From positions 1,612,001-1,676,000 of the forward strand of contig NC_047080.1 of NCBI RefSeq assembly GCF_902459465.1: a stretch of DNA of 64,000 nt. The letters are read 5' to 3'. The notes under the pieces were generated by a model. It was given only the letters and a program-made list of their open reading frames with translations. It ran no database searches and was not told where the DNA came from. The DNA comes from Asterias rubens (lineage: Eukaryota). A program made the position numbers and the translations under genes. Within the stretch, counting starts at the first letter, position 1, and each line of letters begins with the position of its first letter. This document shows positions 1 through 12,450 of the stretch, piece by piece.

Positions 1-433
1 TTCCCTGAATAAATTAAGGGTTGGAAGAAAAATTTAAACCAAATGTCAAAAACAGATGGTGACATTAAATGCGGTTGAGGATGTATTCATGAGCGCTTTT
101 TATGGGTCTGCGTTACATTCACTGCAGTTTATGGGAGTTTTCTTGTTTTGTGTGTATACAATGGTACATGGGAAACCTTTGTTGTGAGAATTGTGGACGA
201 TTGTTTATGAATAGAGAAACCGTGCGCTGTGTCTTTGTCAAAATGAAAAAAGGGTCGTTTCAATCAAAAAGATTCTGGGGTTCTGCCTTATTCGTTTGCA
301 ACATTCAACTTTTCAACTCTTTGGAATATTCTCAACATTGCGATCGTATATACTTATTTGTTTTCATATTCTAAAGTTGCACCTGAATAAAATTCCTAAT
401 TATGGATATTTATGAAAAAACACTTGGCTTTGG

Positions 434-754
434 TTAAAGACACTGGACACTATGGGGAATTACTCAAAATAGTTGTTAGCTTAAAACCTTACTTAATATT
501 AAACTACATGTAACAATGGAGAGCTGTTGATGGTATAGAACATTGTGAGAAACGGCTCCCTCTGAAGTAACGCAGTTTTTGAGAAAGAAGTAATTCCTCA
601 CTAAAATATTTGAATTGAATTTGAGACCTCAGTTTTCTTCGTCGACCAATTGAGCTCACATTTTCCCAGGTTTGTTTTTTTATGCATATGTTGAGATACA
701 CCAAGTGAGAAGACTGGTCTTTGACACTTACCAATAGTGTCCAATGTCTTTTAA
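434..754. mobile_element. TTAA-flanked MITE (Kolobok-like), full length
   Basis: TTAA-AGACACTGGACACTAT ... ATAGTGTCCAATGTCT(T)-TTAA. Interior is shared with other copies in the window. Confidence 0.8.
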
Positions 755-2975
755 AAGGCTATGGCTAGATGAAGGCAGACTAGCCCAAGTCGTAGCCGTA
801 TCAAGCCATTCAGACATGACCCCTGCATTATGAACAAAACCTGCTGAAAACGTCACAGCAAGAATTGCTGCGTTCGGACATAGCTAGTAACTGTGGCGAT
901 TGAGTAAATTCGATGCAGCTGACTGGCACTGCATAAACCATGCACGAGGAACCGTCGTCCCACTCGGCCGCGATGGAGCATGGCCCGGGGGCGACCAAGA
1001 CGCCGTGACGAGGCTGTGACAAACAGTGAAAAACGGTTTCTCACACACCTGGGCTGGTTCAGCTCCATCAAACACACCAGTAAAATTATTCGTCTGACCC
1101 AGTATTTACATAGTCCTAAAAATTTGTCGCTGTAAATCATATTCATGGAACAATTTATTTAGGAAATAAGTTCTCTTTAAGTAATCTTAGTTCCGTGAAA
1201 CACACCAGTTTTTTTTTTACCATTCGATTGTTTTAATACTATATAAATGTAGATTTTTATACAATATAAAATATTTGGCTGTGCTCCGTGGTCATAATGG
1301 GTTGATGTGGCTGGCAGCCAAAGGCGCCCTTGCATGCCTGCTTCTTGAACATGTTGTATAGCCGCATCCTTCGCAATTCAACTCTTAGATGATAAGCCCC
1401 CCAAATTATTATAACCAACCTGTGAAATTTTCATTTTATAAAGGTGAAAGCGTTTTTTAGATTTGCCAAAAATCTGAAGCGGTTATGCCCATACAGGAAG
1501 AACAATCAGTATTGGAAACACAATGTGAGAATTGTATCCAACAGGAATGCTTCTCAGATTGAAACTTGGGAATCAAAACTTATTTAGTTTTCCATAACCA
1601 CTTCAAACTGAAATGCTTTATACTATCGGAAGCTGCCGTAGGCTTCTAACATATAACCATGTCAGTTTTGATTGTCTTTACCGAACATTTACCGAAGGTA
1701 TACCCTTGCCTTGAAAAGAAATTCTTGGGGAAAAAAACGTAAATAATGTTTTGATTGCCAGTTATTTTAAGAGCGATAGTTCTTCCCTTTAAAAAAAAAG
1801 GAGGTCAATAAGTAGGTATTTGATTCCCAGTCGCACATTTAATGTGTCAGTCCAACCATCGTCCACATTAATGTGTCAGTGGAACAATCGACCCACCAGT
1901 TTGGGCAGACACTGTCTCCCTGAAGATGGGTAGCAAAACATGGTGACAACTAAAAATCATGGACAACCAAAGACGTTTCAACTCGAAAGATTGACGGGTA
2001 GTAATGAATGCAGTCATTGCTGGCGGTGGCTCCGTGATCAAATATAGGTTGCTCAAACGAAAATTTTCGTCTGACAATTTTAGGCGACATTTTCTGCCGG
2101 AAAGAATCGTATTTAAGGGAAGGTATACATTTGGTAATCACTCTTGAAATTAATGGCATTAGAAACTTACTTGGGTTATACAGTAGCTTTTGATTGTCCA
2201 AAGCATTTTAAGAACATTTTATTTTGAAGTAATGTGGTTAAGGAAAATAAATTTGTTTTTTATCCCTCAAGGTTTGAATCTGAGAAACATTTCTGTTAGA
2301 TGCGTTTTCTACATTCTTTGATAACTGTAATTTAACTGAGATTGATAATATTGCAAACAAAATTATGTTAGTTCATGAATTGTTTTGTGTCATGTTAGAC
2401 AAAAACATGGTCACCAAATACATGTAAGTTGGTTGTTTGGGTTGTTGAAATTTGTGGAAACAAGTCGTTCAGAGTTGATGTACTTTGTCCAGAAAACAAT
2501 GATTTATATCCCCTTTAAGAAGATCACTTTATGTATGGAAAGATTATATTCGTTACCGAGAAAGCTGTAAACTGTCGCAGAGCACGAAGTGAAATTACCT
2601 GAATATTAAGAAATATACGGTCGACGGACAAACAGAACAAGATGAAGCTACGGAATGAAAGTTGATACTTCCTAGTTCTGAGCTATAAATAATCATTGAA
2701 AAAAGGGAAAGGTTTGCCGTCTATTTTTATTGAATTTTCATTACCAGTCAAGTCCTGTGTCTGTTTGTTGCCGAGTGTGTTTTTTAAGAGATTATTTTGT
2801 TTCTGATTTATTTGTGACAAATGCAAGTTTGACAAATTAGTGGGACTGGGTTTTTTTTGCCGTGAATCAGCAGGTTTTTTTTTTACAATGGCAGAACTTC
2901 ATCTGGTCGGTGGTAAGAGAACACTTTTGCTGACTATAGCTGGCAAACAATTATGTGTAAGGTTAATCGTATTAC

Positions 2976-3522
2976 TTAAAGGCGCTAAACACCTTTGGTA
3001 GTGTCAAAGACCAGTATTCTCACTGGCTGCATCCCATCATGAATAAAATAACAAACCTATGAGAATTTGAGCTCAAGTGGTCAATGAAGTTGCAAGAAAA
3101 TACTGAAAGAAAAAAAACACCCTTGTTGCACTGAGAAAGGCTCCAGGCCTGAAATGTTTCTCAGATTCAAATATTCTGGTGAGAAATTATCTCTTTCTCA
3201 AAAACAATGTTACTTCAGAGGGAGTCTTTTTTCACAACATTTATTCTATTAACAGCTCCTCGTTGCTCGTTACCAAATAATTGTTTATGTCATTACAGGC
3301 CTGATACTTCACGGAGGCAACAAAGACGATTGCCTCCGTGTCCCCTGGTCATTGCCTTGGTGCCCTTGAAATGCTCCAGTATAAATTTACAATTTCCTCA
3401 TAGGGTGTCCTTTTACCAAGAAGAAAATGCCTTGGTGCCCTTGCCCTTTCAAAAATGAAGTATACTGTATAGGCCTGCTAATAATCTGTTTAGTTATAAC
3501 CAAATGTGTCCAGTGCCTTTAA
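2976..3522. mobile_element. TTAA-flanked MITE of the same family, carrying a ~180-bp insertion (3296-3477)
   Basis: ttaaaggcgctaaacacctttggt ... ccaaatgtgtccagtgcctttaa. The inner piece is bounded by caggcctg/taggcctg with tacttca/tgaagta inverted ends. Confidence 0.75.
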
Positions 3523-4084
3523 AGGTAGGGTCCTACAATGTACTTCCACCAGCAAGGTCATTCACAGAAGGTGACGTTCCATCTATCTCCCGTCCCGCTC
3601 CCCGTCACCTTAGCGGCCAACAAGCTCATCTTGATGGATCTAATCGGCTTGTCAGGCCAAAACCTTAAGCAGTCTCGCACGGTCAGTTCAGTTTCCCCCC
3701 GTGGGGGTCAGTGCCTTTATCATCCCCCCAACCTCTCACCTCCGAGAAAGGAAATAAAAGAGATGACTTGAGGGGAAACGGAATGAAATCATTGTTCGTA
3801 GACAAAAATGGTAATCTCTTAAAAGGCTTCATTGTCAGAGTTTTTTGGGAGACTGCGTACAACATGTTTATTATTTGACAATATTGTATTACTTGAGCGT
3901 GGATGAAAGATGACCCCCTTGACTACAGCACTTCAAGCATTCGTTTTTTTGCTAACGAGATGCACAGCTTTTCTTTCAAGACTTGTTTCTTCTTAAATTT
4001 TTGTTTGAGAAAACAGAATTAGCGGTTGCAAACAACTTACCAACCTATTTGACCGATGGTATAAATGCAACAAAAATAGTTAAT

Positions 4085-4120
4085 GCCCTGACGTTTCGAC
4101 CCTAGCAGAGTCTTTCTCGC
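4085..4120 (-). ncRNA. Degenerate hammerhead motif (5' side broken)
   Basis: The minus strand reads gcGAGAAA-GACUCU(gcu)AGGGUC-GAAA-CG-UC^agggc. Confidence 0.45.
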
Positions 4121-5512
4121 TAAATGACAACACAACAAACATGAACAGGTAACTAGGTGAAACATAAGCAGTGAAGTTGAAATACATGATGGGGTTAGAA
4201 AGCATAAAGAAATAAAAACAAGGGGTACCAATGAATACGGGGGACAAGGAGGGGGTTGGGGTTGGACGGAAGACAACATTTATTCGCTCACAACAATCAT
4301 TCTTAGCGGAAACATGTTACCTGCTGTCTTGTTACATTAAATGTTCACTCGTGACTGGCTCTCTGCGAAATGTATTAGGGAATCTACTGAAGTAATTTGA
4401 CCTGATGTTAGTGTCCTCGCGTTCTCAATAACCTACTAAGCAAAAAGGGAAGTCTTGTATATCAAAAATAATTGTCTCAGCAGGGAACCAGTTGCTTGTC
4501 ATACAATTGCATTGGAGCAGACTACCTGGGTTTTTTGCTGAGCACCAGCCACATTTCGTTGCATTGCATTGGAGCACTCTCGTAATCTTTTTTTTTGTGT
4601 AGCAGATTTTTTTCTTTGCCAAGCATGTTTTTTTTGCTGAGCATTTCGTGGAAAATCTGTATTTTTTAGAACTATAGTAGAAATATTGCAGTTTTCTTCT
4701 TTAATTTGAAACAAAATTATATAAAAACCTGAAATTTTTAGTTGTTCTTTGTTGACACTTAAAAAAGGGACCAATTTAATAAGGGATGTTGCGCTTGATT
4801 ACACAAAGAGGAAAGATGGATCATATGATTCTGTATTCTAATGCCAAAAACTCATTCATTAATGAGAAATCCGTTACCTCCACTCCGTGTAGATGCACTG
4901 CGCAGGTAGGCTGAGTATTTATCGTTCAAATTGCACGAGAACTACGCGTTCTAAAAAAAATCGCATCCAACCTTTAAAAACCTCCAATGATGACAAATTT
5001 GACCCCAAAAACTTTCACGTAAGGGGCTGATGAATTTATTTACTGCCATCCTCCCCCCCCCCCCAAACCCAACCATCACTTGAGTTATTAACAACTCCTG
5101 TGAGATTGCCCCTTGGAAACGACAGCTCTTAAATGTTAACATCCACAAAAATCAGAGTTATCCGCTTCGGCCTCGGCAAGTGCAACAACCGCCAACACCA
5201 ATCCTACGTGTTCTAATTTGAAATTACTAGAGCGTAAACTGTCAAGAGCGCCAGATCAAAGCCTTTCATCCCACACTGTGGAACGTTTTCAGATCAAAAC
5301 GCGAGCCTTTTAAACCTGGTTAATTATTGTACCTGCCTGAGAACAAGAAATTATAATTTGATTCTGTTGCAGTTAGTGGTAAAAGGGAGAGTTTTGCATG
5401 AATCATATTCAACATGTTTTGATATGTGCATTGTCTAACTACTGTAATTGAAAAAAAAAAAAATGTTTTTGCAAACTGTGTGCCAACAAAAAGGACCTCT
5501 TAAAATAATGAA

Positions 5513-5550
5513 CGGCTTGACTTTTCGACCCTAGCAGAGTCCGTCTGGAA
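5513..5550 (-). ncRNA. Degenerate hammerhead motif of the same subfamily as 4085
   Basis: The minus strand reads ...gactctgctagggtcgaaaagtcaagccg, with a stem II identical to 4085. Confidence 0.35.
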
Positions 5551-5953
5551 GGTTTAAAACAAATGTTATTTTATTATCATTGTTTATTCGACCAAAACAA
5601 CAGGAAATGTACAAAATATATACCGTACAACAGCACAAAATAATAAATATGTACAAAATAACATGAAAGGAAACACAAGAAATACACGGGTACAAACATC
5701 TTAAAAGGGCCTGTACAACTAACCGAGGACGAGAATGAGGACGAAAGAGTCTCGATATACAAACCTAAATTCTGTAATCTGAAGTTTTTGCACTATTTAT
5801 ACAAAATAGACTGCAAACTGTTGAACAATTGTGTACGACCCAGCAAAAACAACTTTTGTGGAAATTTTTTTCACAACCGGGAGTAAATTTTCTTGTCCCC
5901 TGCTCGGAAATCATTTCATCCTTTTTTCCTCTCTATTTTCTTCACTTTTCCAG

Positions 5954-6177
5954 GAGGACACAATCTGACTCCTTCCCCGTTCTCCAGCTCTCCCAGCTCG
6001 CCCCGTTCTCAGTCTCCGAGTGTCCAAGGTGGGCAGATGATGTCTAAGAACCTCGGGGGTCTGGGAGGAGGCCTTGGGTGGGGCGGTGAGCGTGGGGCGA
6101 CTGCCTGGAGTAACCCCGCCCTGGGCAATCAGCTATCCAGCTCGCCAACGAGCGGTCTGCTTCCAGATTCTATTCAG
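5954..6177 (+). CDS. SMG7: Penultimate coding exon of an SMG7-like nonsense-mediated decay factor (Ser/Pro/Gly-rich C-terminal region)
   Basis: Acceptor ttttcttcacttttccag|GA and donor CAG|gtactt. The 224-nt exon (phase 1 to phase 0) reads GHNLTPSPFSSSPSSPRSQSPSVQGGQMMSKNLGG...SGLLPDSIQ and joins the next exon in frame. Confidence 0.72.
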
Positions 6178-6674
6178 GTACTTAACTTTATTTTATTTTG
6201 CAGGGATGTAATTTCTCCGTTTTTAACTGGAAATCTTTTTTTTTTTTTTTTTTTACCCACCTTAACAAGACATTTAACCATTATTACTTCATCCTTCAGA
6301 TGCGACATAAACCTGTTGGTTCTATTTGTTGTGTAATACTCATAGGAGAACCCAGTTACACATATTGCTGAATGCGCCACAGCACCTTGTAAACCATTAG
6401 AAGATGCTGCATAAATGGGTCTCATGATTTAAAAACACAGCTCTACTTATCCTGTTAAAAACAAATTATTATTTAGCAACCCAGTTCATGTATCATTAAG
6501 AGAAGGGGTTTGCTACTGTGTCTATGGCATGGCTGTGGCAGGTTTCATCACATCACCGTGTAAAAACCCTTATAAAGTGCTTTGCGATGACACCAACAAC
6601 TTTTTGTAGTATAGTTTGGATTTCAATAAATGGTTGTATTGGTTCTTCATGCCCCCCTTTTTTTGTCTTCACAG

Positions 6675-6770
6675 TCAATCTGGGCCACTCCTCTAGGAAG
6701 CTCCTCCTCCCACAAGCCATCCCCTCTGGAGGAATTGCTGAAGCGCCAGCAGATGACCGATCAAAGGTGA
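6675..6770 (+). CDS. SMG7: Last coding exon of the SMG7-like gene
   Basis: Acceptor ccccctttttttgtcttcacag|TCA, translating SIWATPLGSSSSHKPSPLEELLKRQQMTDQR*. The spliced junction LPDSIQ-SIW...PSPLEELLKRQ resembles the vertebrate SMG7 C-terminus as I recall it (MESLKSIWSS...PSALEQLLMQQ). Upstream exons were not identified in the window. Confidence 0.72.
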   Translation, partial: SIWATPLGSSSSHKPSPLEELLKRQQMTDQR

Positions 6771-7792
6771 AGGAAACCAACAGAGGACTCCAAAGCAAGA
6801 GAAGCGAAAACAAAATAAACGGTAAGGAAATCAGAAAAAAACCAGCAGCGAGAGAGACTGTCATGGCGTGACAGAGTCTCATCTGTGTCTGTCACAGGGT
6901 GTGTCACCCTGTCTGTCACCGTGTCTGTGACTGGATATGTTGTGTTTGCATCAATATCCCCCCCTAAGCGGGCAAATGGCGCCCTCGTCTGGCAGCAGCG
7001 AGAGAGAAAACAAACACAGGAATCAACAACGCTTGAGATTTGATGTGTTTTTTTCTTCTTTTTCTGACGACAGACCACTTCATTCGGTTTAGATACATCA
7101 ATTTTAAAAAGTTTTTTTTGTGTGTATGTCACTGCGGAAGGGGGGTAGGGGGGTTTGCGTCGTCAGGTTTGTCATACGGTCTGGCAGGGTGTCTATCACT
7201 GGATACGTCACCCAGTGCGTTGCTAGACGCAACCTGTTCACGAATGGTTTAAAACAACGTCGGCTTTAGTCATCGTTGCACTCACACAACTATATAGACA
7301 GTTTGCCAGTACATTGTGATGTATTAAAATGAACTGGTTCACTCTTACCCAGCTTGAACTGGGTTCATTTTTATCGAGAGTAATTTATTTCCACTTATTA
7401 AATTATTTGGTCAGCCATGTATTTTCAAAGCGGGGCTTTGTTACCAGCGTCGAGCGGAGTTAATAATTAACTATCTATTCTATTCTTTATTGAGACTAAC
7501 AATAATTTGTTATGGGCGGGCTTGATAATGGTTTAGATTGGACACAACCGGGTCAAAACTAGAAGCTCCTTCGCAAGGATAACAGGAGAACATGCAGTTA
7601 TACTTGAGACTTGAGTGCCGTTTTGTTGTGGTGCTCACGGGAAAATGCTACTTGTAGATATCGGGTGCATCACGAAGGCACTCTGCTACAGCCTGGACTT
7701 GCTTTTGTTCCACAGCCGTTTGTCTTGACAAAAAGGTGCTTGGGGGTAGATAAGGATAAACGACTGTATCGGTCATGCCTTGCTACGTCTCA

Positions 7793-8350
7793 AACCAGAT
7801 AAATTGCATTGGTTGATAAAGTGGTGTCTCCCTAACCTGGATAACTTGCAATGGTTGATAGGTTAGCATCTCCATTACTTTGGATAACTTGCATTGGTTG
7901 ATAAGTTAGTGTCTCCATAACTTGGATAACCTGTTTGGTTGATAAATTGGTGTCTCCATAACCTGGATAACTTGCATTGGTTGATAAGTTTGTGTCTCCA
8001 TAACCAGGATGACTCGAATTGGTTGATAAGTTAGTGTATCCATAACCGGGATAACTTGAAATGGTTGATAGGTTAGCATCTCCATTACTTTGGATAACTT
8101 GCATTGGTTGATAAGTTAGTGTCTCCATAACTTGGATAACCGATTGGTTGATAAATTGGTGTCTCCATAACCTGGATAACTTGCATTGGTTAAAAAGTTT
8201 GTGTCTCCATAACCAGGATGACTCGCATTGGTTGATAAGTTAGTGCATCCACAACCAGGATAGCTTGCATTTGTTCATAAGTTAGTGTATCCATAACCGG
8301 GATAACTTGCATTGGTTGATAAGTTAGTGTCTCCATAACTTTGGATAAGT
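7793..8350. repeat. 42-bp minisatellite (~13 units) with a 210-bp higher-order period
   Basis: Unit tggttgataagttagtgtctccataacctggataacttgcat. The variant ggttagcatctccattacttt recurs at 7861 and 8071. Confidence 0.95.
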
Positions 8351-10410
8351 TATCTGCTTTCACCAGTGTGTGTTTTGAGTCTCGCTATGTTTTCCTTGCA
8401 CCAATATAGTGGGTCATGACTATCTAACAGTAAATAGTTTAACCAGTTAGCCTTGTCTGATAGACACAAAACCAGGGTTTATGCTAGTTATGTTACTTTG
8501 TCATGTTGCAACTGGTTATAGGTCGGTTATGAATAATATAACAGTAAATCAGTTTAAAACCTGTTGATGCTGCAGAGGTTTAGAAATTAACCTGGATATA
8601 TATGCTAGTTATTTCTTTGTCATATAGCAGCTTGTAAAGCTTGATTTAGGAATGATGACAATATCTGAAATGCCTAAAGAAGCAAAATAGTTTAACCAGG
8701 ACTTAAGCCTACATTAATTATTACTTTGTCATATTGTAACCAGCTTAAACGAAATATTTCACATTTACTACAATCGTCTAAAATATCTAAACCAGTTTAT
8801 GGTTAGTGAAATATCGGATTAACATATGTTGTGCCTCAATTTCTAAGTAAGTTAATAACTTAAATTTCCCTCTCTCTTTTTTTAGGTTAAGTACAATTGT
8901 TGATTACTGGTAGTTAGTTTAACTTAATCCATTTTGTTCAAGAAAGTATCTTAGGGTACCACTGGGTATTTCTAGGAATATTTGATATATTTCTCGTCGG
9001 ATCCTAAAATAAATTTGATATATGATATTTCATTTAGTTATTATCAATTTATTCCCCTCCCAACTCCCCTGTTTATTTTAACATAATTTGATAGATTGAA
9101 TGAACACGTTTATAGACTATATTTAAATTTTTAACGGAATATCTTTTTGATACTCAAGGTTTTTTTTTGTTTTATTTCCCATGTGGGTTGTCAGTAGTTG
9201 GTATCTTGCATCACTTTGGTCGTATTATTATGATAATCAAGTGATATAATCCTGCTGGGTCGGATTACCGGTGATGGAGCTGATGGTCAGTCAGCATAAA
9301 ACGGACCCTTTCACTTTATTTTTTAAGTTTTTCCTCATGGAGGGTGTGGGTGGAGGCCGGTAGATATTCTACAAAAGAAACCTCACTTTGGCACATTTTG
9401 GGACATCTTTGATTTCAAAAACCACATAACAAATGCATCAGGGTTGTTGATTTCTCCAATCGTTAAAACCTGAAATCTACTGCCAGGAAGGGTAGACCAG
9501 TTTCGATTTTTGGGTCAGTTGGTAAAATGATGAAAACTGCTTACTCAAAATTGCCCCTGAACATTACCAACATTATTTATATGAAGAATTTGGGAAGTGA
9601 TTGCAGGAAAAGTAGTTTATTCAAAGAGATGTCTTTAAGAGGACACCTGGCCCAATTTCATGGCTTAACTTACCGTTAGCAAAAAAACTTACGATGGCAG
9701 AAAAGTTGCTGGTTAATGTAAGCGTCTATTACTGGTCAGCAAGGAAATGTTGTCTGTGCCCACGCACATTTTATGATAACTATGTATGGCACAATAGCTA
9801 CCAGCTCTCCCTGATTCTACGCACAGTTTCCTGAAGATGAACCAATCTTTTCATGTTCTGATGAATGAATTTGAAAAAAACTCCTCGATAATGGAAACTT
9901 TTCGCGCTGTTATTTTGAAGGTAATTCTAAATGCCTCCCTGACTGTTTAACAAAATCCTTCTGTTTGTAAGATGCAAAACGTTGACAGTTCTGATCACAC
10001 AGCCTGTGCAGTAATTCTGCGCTGAGCAGGGAATGAAGACCGTAAGCGCAGAACTATGCAGTAAGAAGAGCCATCTTGAATTTGGGCCTAGATTGTGTTC
10101 TTTATTGCACAATTAGGACATCCTTATTTTCAGTTTTAAGCAAATTGTTCTAAATTCTAGTATTTTTCATTATCTTGAATCAGGTTCAATTAACACCACT
10201 GCACCACTGGTCAAAGTCCAGTATTTTAGCACATAACCATTCACCTCATAACCGAGGTCCTATAATCTAGTGGTTTTTCCAAACTTTTTAAGAAATGTAC
10301 TGGTATACACTAAAAACAGATTCAACGCCAAACATTCAGCAAATATTGAAAATAGAGAAATAATATTTCAGCTCTTGTGAAGATGTTTCGGGGTCTGTGA
10401 CAAGTTGTAA

Positions 10411-11260
10411 CACCTGTGGTCTAGTGGAGATTCCAAAAGATTTGCGGTCTAGTGTGGACTCCACAAGACCTGTGGTATAGTGGGGAGTCCACAAGACATG
10501 TGGTTTAATGGAGATTCCAAAAGATTTGCGGTCTAGTGGAGATTCCACAAGACCTGTGGTCTAGTGGAGCGTCCAGATGACCTGTGGTCCAGTTTGGACT
10601 CCACAAGACCTGTGGTCTAGTGGAGAGTCCAGATGACCTGTGGAGTAGTGGAGATTCCACAAGACCTAAGATGTAGTGAAGATTCCACATCCACAAGACA
10701 TGTGGTGTAGTGAAGATTCCACAGAACCTGTGGTCCAGTGTGGATTCCACAAGACCTGTGGTATAGTGGGGAGTCCGCAAGACATGTGGTTTAGTGGAGA
10801 TCCCACAAGACCTGTGGTCCAATGTGGATTCCACAGAACCTGTGGTCCAGTGTGGATTCCACAAGACCTGTGGTGTAGTGTAGATTCCACAAGAACTGTG
10901 GTATAGTGGAGATTCCACAAGACCTGTGGTCCAGTGTGGATTCCACAAGACCTGTGGTGTAGTGGAGATTCCACAAGACCTGTGATCTAGTGGAGCTTCA
11001 ACAAGACCTGGGCCCAATTTCATAGAGCTGCTTAAACACAAAAAGTAGCTAAACACAACAAGATTATGCTTACCAAAATACCCTTATATACACAGTATCC
11101 GACTGATATCCTGCATATTATTGCTTAGCAGAAAGATGTTAAGCATAAAATGATGCTTAAGCAGCCCTATGAAATTGGGCACTGTAGTGAAGTGGAGAGT
11201 CTACAAGACCTGTGGTTTTGTGGAGACTTGACAAAACATGTAGCCCCCTTGGAGACTTTC
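10411..11260. repeat. 28-bp minisatellite interrupted by a MITE at 11011-11181
   Basis: Unit approx. gattccacaagacctgtggtccagtgtg, about 21 copies up to 11010. Degenerate copies resume at about 11185-11260. Confidence 0.95.
11011..11181. mobile_element. Harbinger-like MITE with CTG target duplication
   Basis: CTG|ggcccaatttcatagagctgcttaa ... ttaagcagccctatgaaattgggca|CTG. Confidence 0.8.
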
Positions 11261-11501
11261 GTGATATTCATGTCATGTATATACAATATTTTTTAAAACT
11301 CAACCCATATCTGGCTGGAATAAAAATGTATCAGTTTTGCTTGCTGAATAAATGTTAACAACCTTGAGTTTCTGTTATCAAGAAGCCATCTGTCTCGGGT
11401 TGCTTTTGTTGAGGGTTTTGTTTTGTTTGAGGGTATGTTTCTATTTGGGTTGTGGGGTTTTGGGACGACGGAGGGTTGCAGTATTGAACCCAGAACACTT
11501 A

Positions 11502-11653
11502 AGCCTGGTTCATACTTCCTGGGAATGCGAATGCGAAGCGAATGTTGATTTACAAATTCACAACGAATAATTTGCAGCAGTTCAACTCTGCTCGAATCAG
11601 GAGAGCTGTGACGTCAAATTCGCTTCGCATTCGCAGGAAGTATGAAAAGGGCT
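11502..11653. mobile_element. PIF/Harbinger-type MITE with TTA target duplication, inserted in a SINE body
   Basis: TTA|agcctggttcatacttcctg...gaatgcgaagcgaat ... attcgcttcgcattcgcaggaagtatgaaaagggct|TTA. The flanks align with the uninterrupted SINE body at ~55600-55740. Confidence 0.8.
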
Positions 11654-12450
11654 TTACATCGGAAGAGTAGGGGTTAACCATCGTTTCTGGTTCACGTAGC
11701 AAGCATTCAGGTTTCCTTGAGCTTGCACGTTACAGTGATTAAGCTCACTTAGAAGGCATCATTGGTTTATTATAACCAGAAATATATACTAGTAACAAAA
11801 TAGACATAATAATTTAGCTGTTGCAAATCTATTATTACTTTTATTTTAAGGAACAAAATTTTGAATTTATGAAGGTGAAACCAGAATCCTGAAATGGCCT
11901 TGGTTGTTAGTAGGCCTTAGACTTGGCTAAAGTATGCAGAAAATGTTTTTCCAAATTTTAAAAGAGCTTAAAATATACTGTGGTTAAAAATAGTGAATCC
12001 TTTTTTGTTACTCACCCCCACAAGTCGTTGTTGAATCCCTATGATTACTTTATCTCGTCATTTACTAATTTCTAAAAGTGTGTGGGTTTAAAGAATTACG
12101 TACTGCAATATCCTTTTTGGACAATACTAATAATCTCAAATTGCGCTCGGCAGCGCTGCGTAATGGTTGTACTTGGGTGCACTCAACCGTATAATGCATG
12201 CTTCATTAGCTCCGGAGGACAGTGAACCAAACTCATTTTGATCCACCTCCCCCCCCCTCTTTTCTTCCCGTATTTTCCCAAACTCGAGAGTAGCAACGAT
12301 ACATTCATTGAAGGTTTTTATTTGTCTTGCATGTTGCTGGCACTGGTATTCATGTTCACACTGGGGCATCATTCACTAATTCAATGATTGTTTATCCCTC
12401 CATCTTCCCTCCCCCACCTTCCCTTACCTTTACTTTGCCCATTTTACTCC

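Noticed and set aside
2895-2912. 18-nt candidate SMG7 micro-exon (cag|...GTG|gtaaga)
   Set aside because: It is phase-compatible but too short to judge, has no homology support, and such sites arise by chance.
3540-3720. GC-rich stretch with short open frames on both strands
   Set aside because: No convincing splice sites or recognisable protein motif.
6766-6772. AAG|GTGAAG as a donor extending SMG7 beyond the TGA
   Set aside because: The donor is weak, and SMG7 homologues end shortly after the LEQLL-like motif, so the stop is the simpler reading.
7832-8128. 98-aa repetitive ORF (DTNLSTNASYPGYG)n
   Set aside because: It is a by-product of a 42-bp repeat, with no gene context.
10336-11056. 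Overlapping 60-183-aa ORFs with repeated WNPHWTTGLVES motifs
   Set aside because: They are translations of the 28-bp minisatellite, which cycles through frames, and have no splice or start support.
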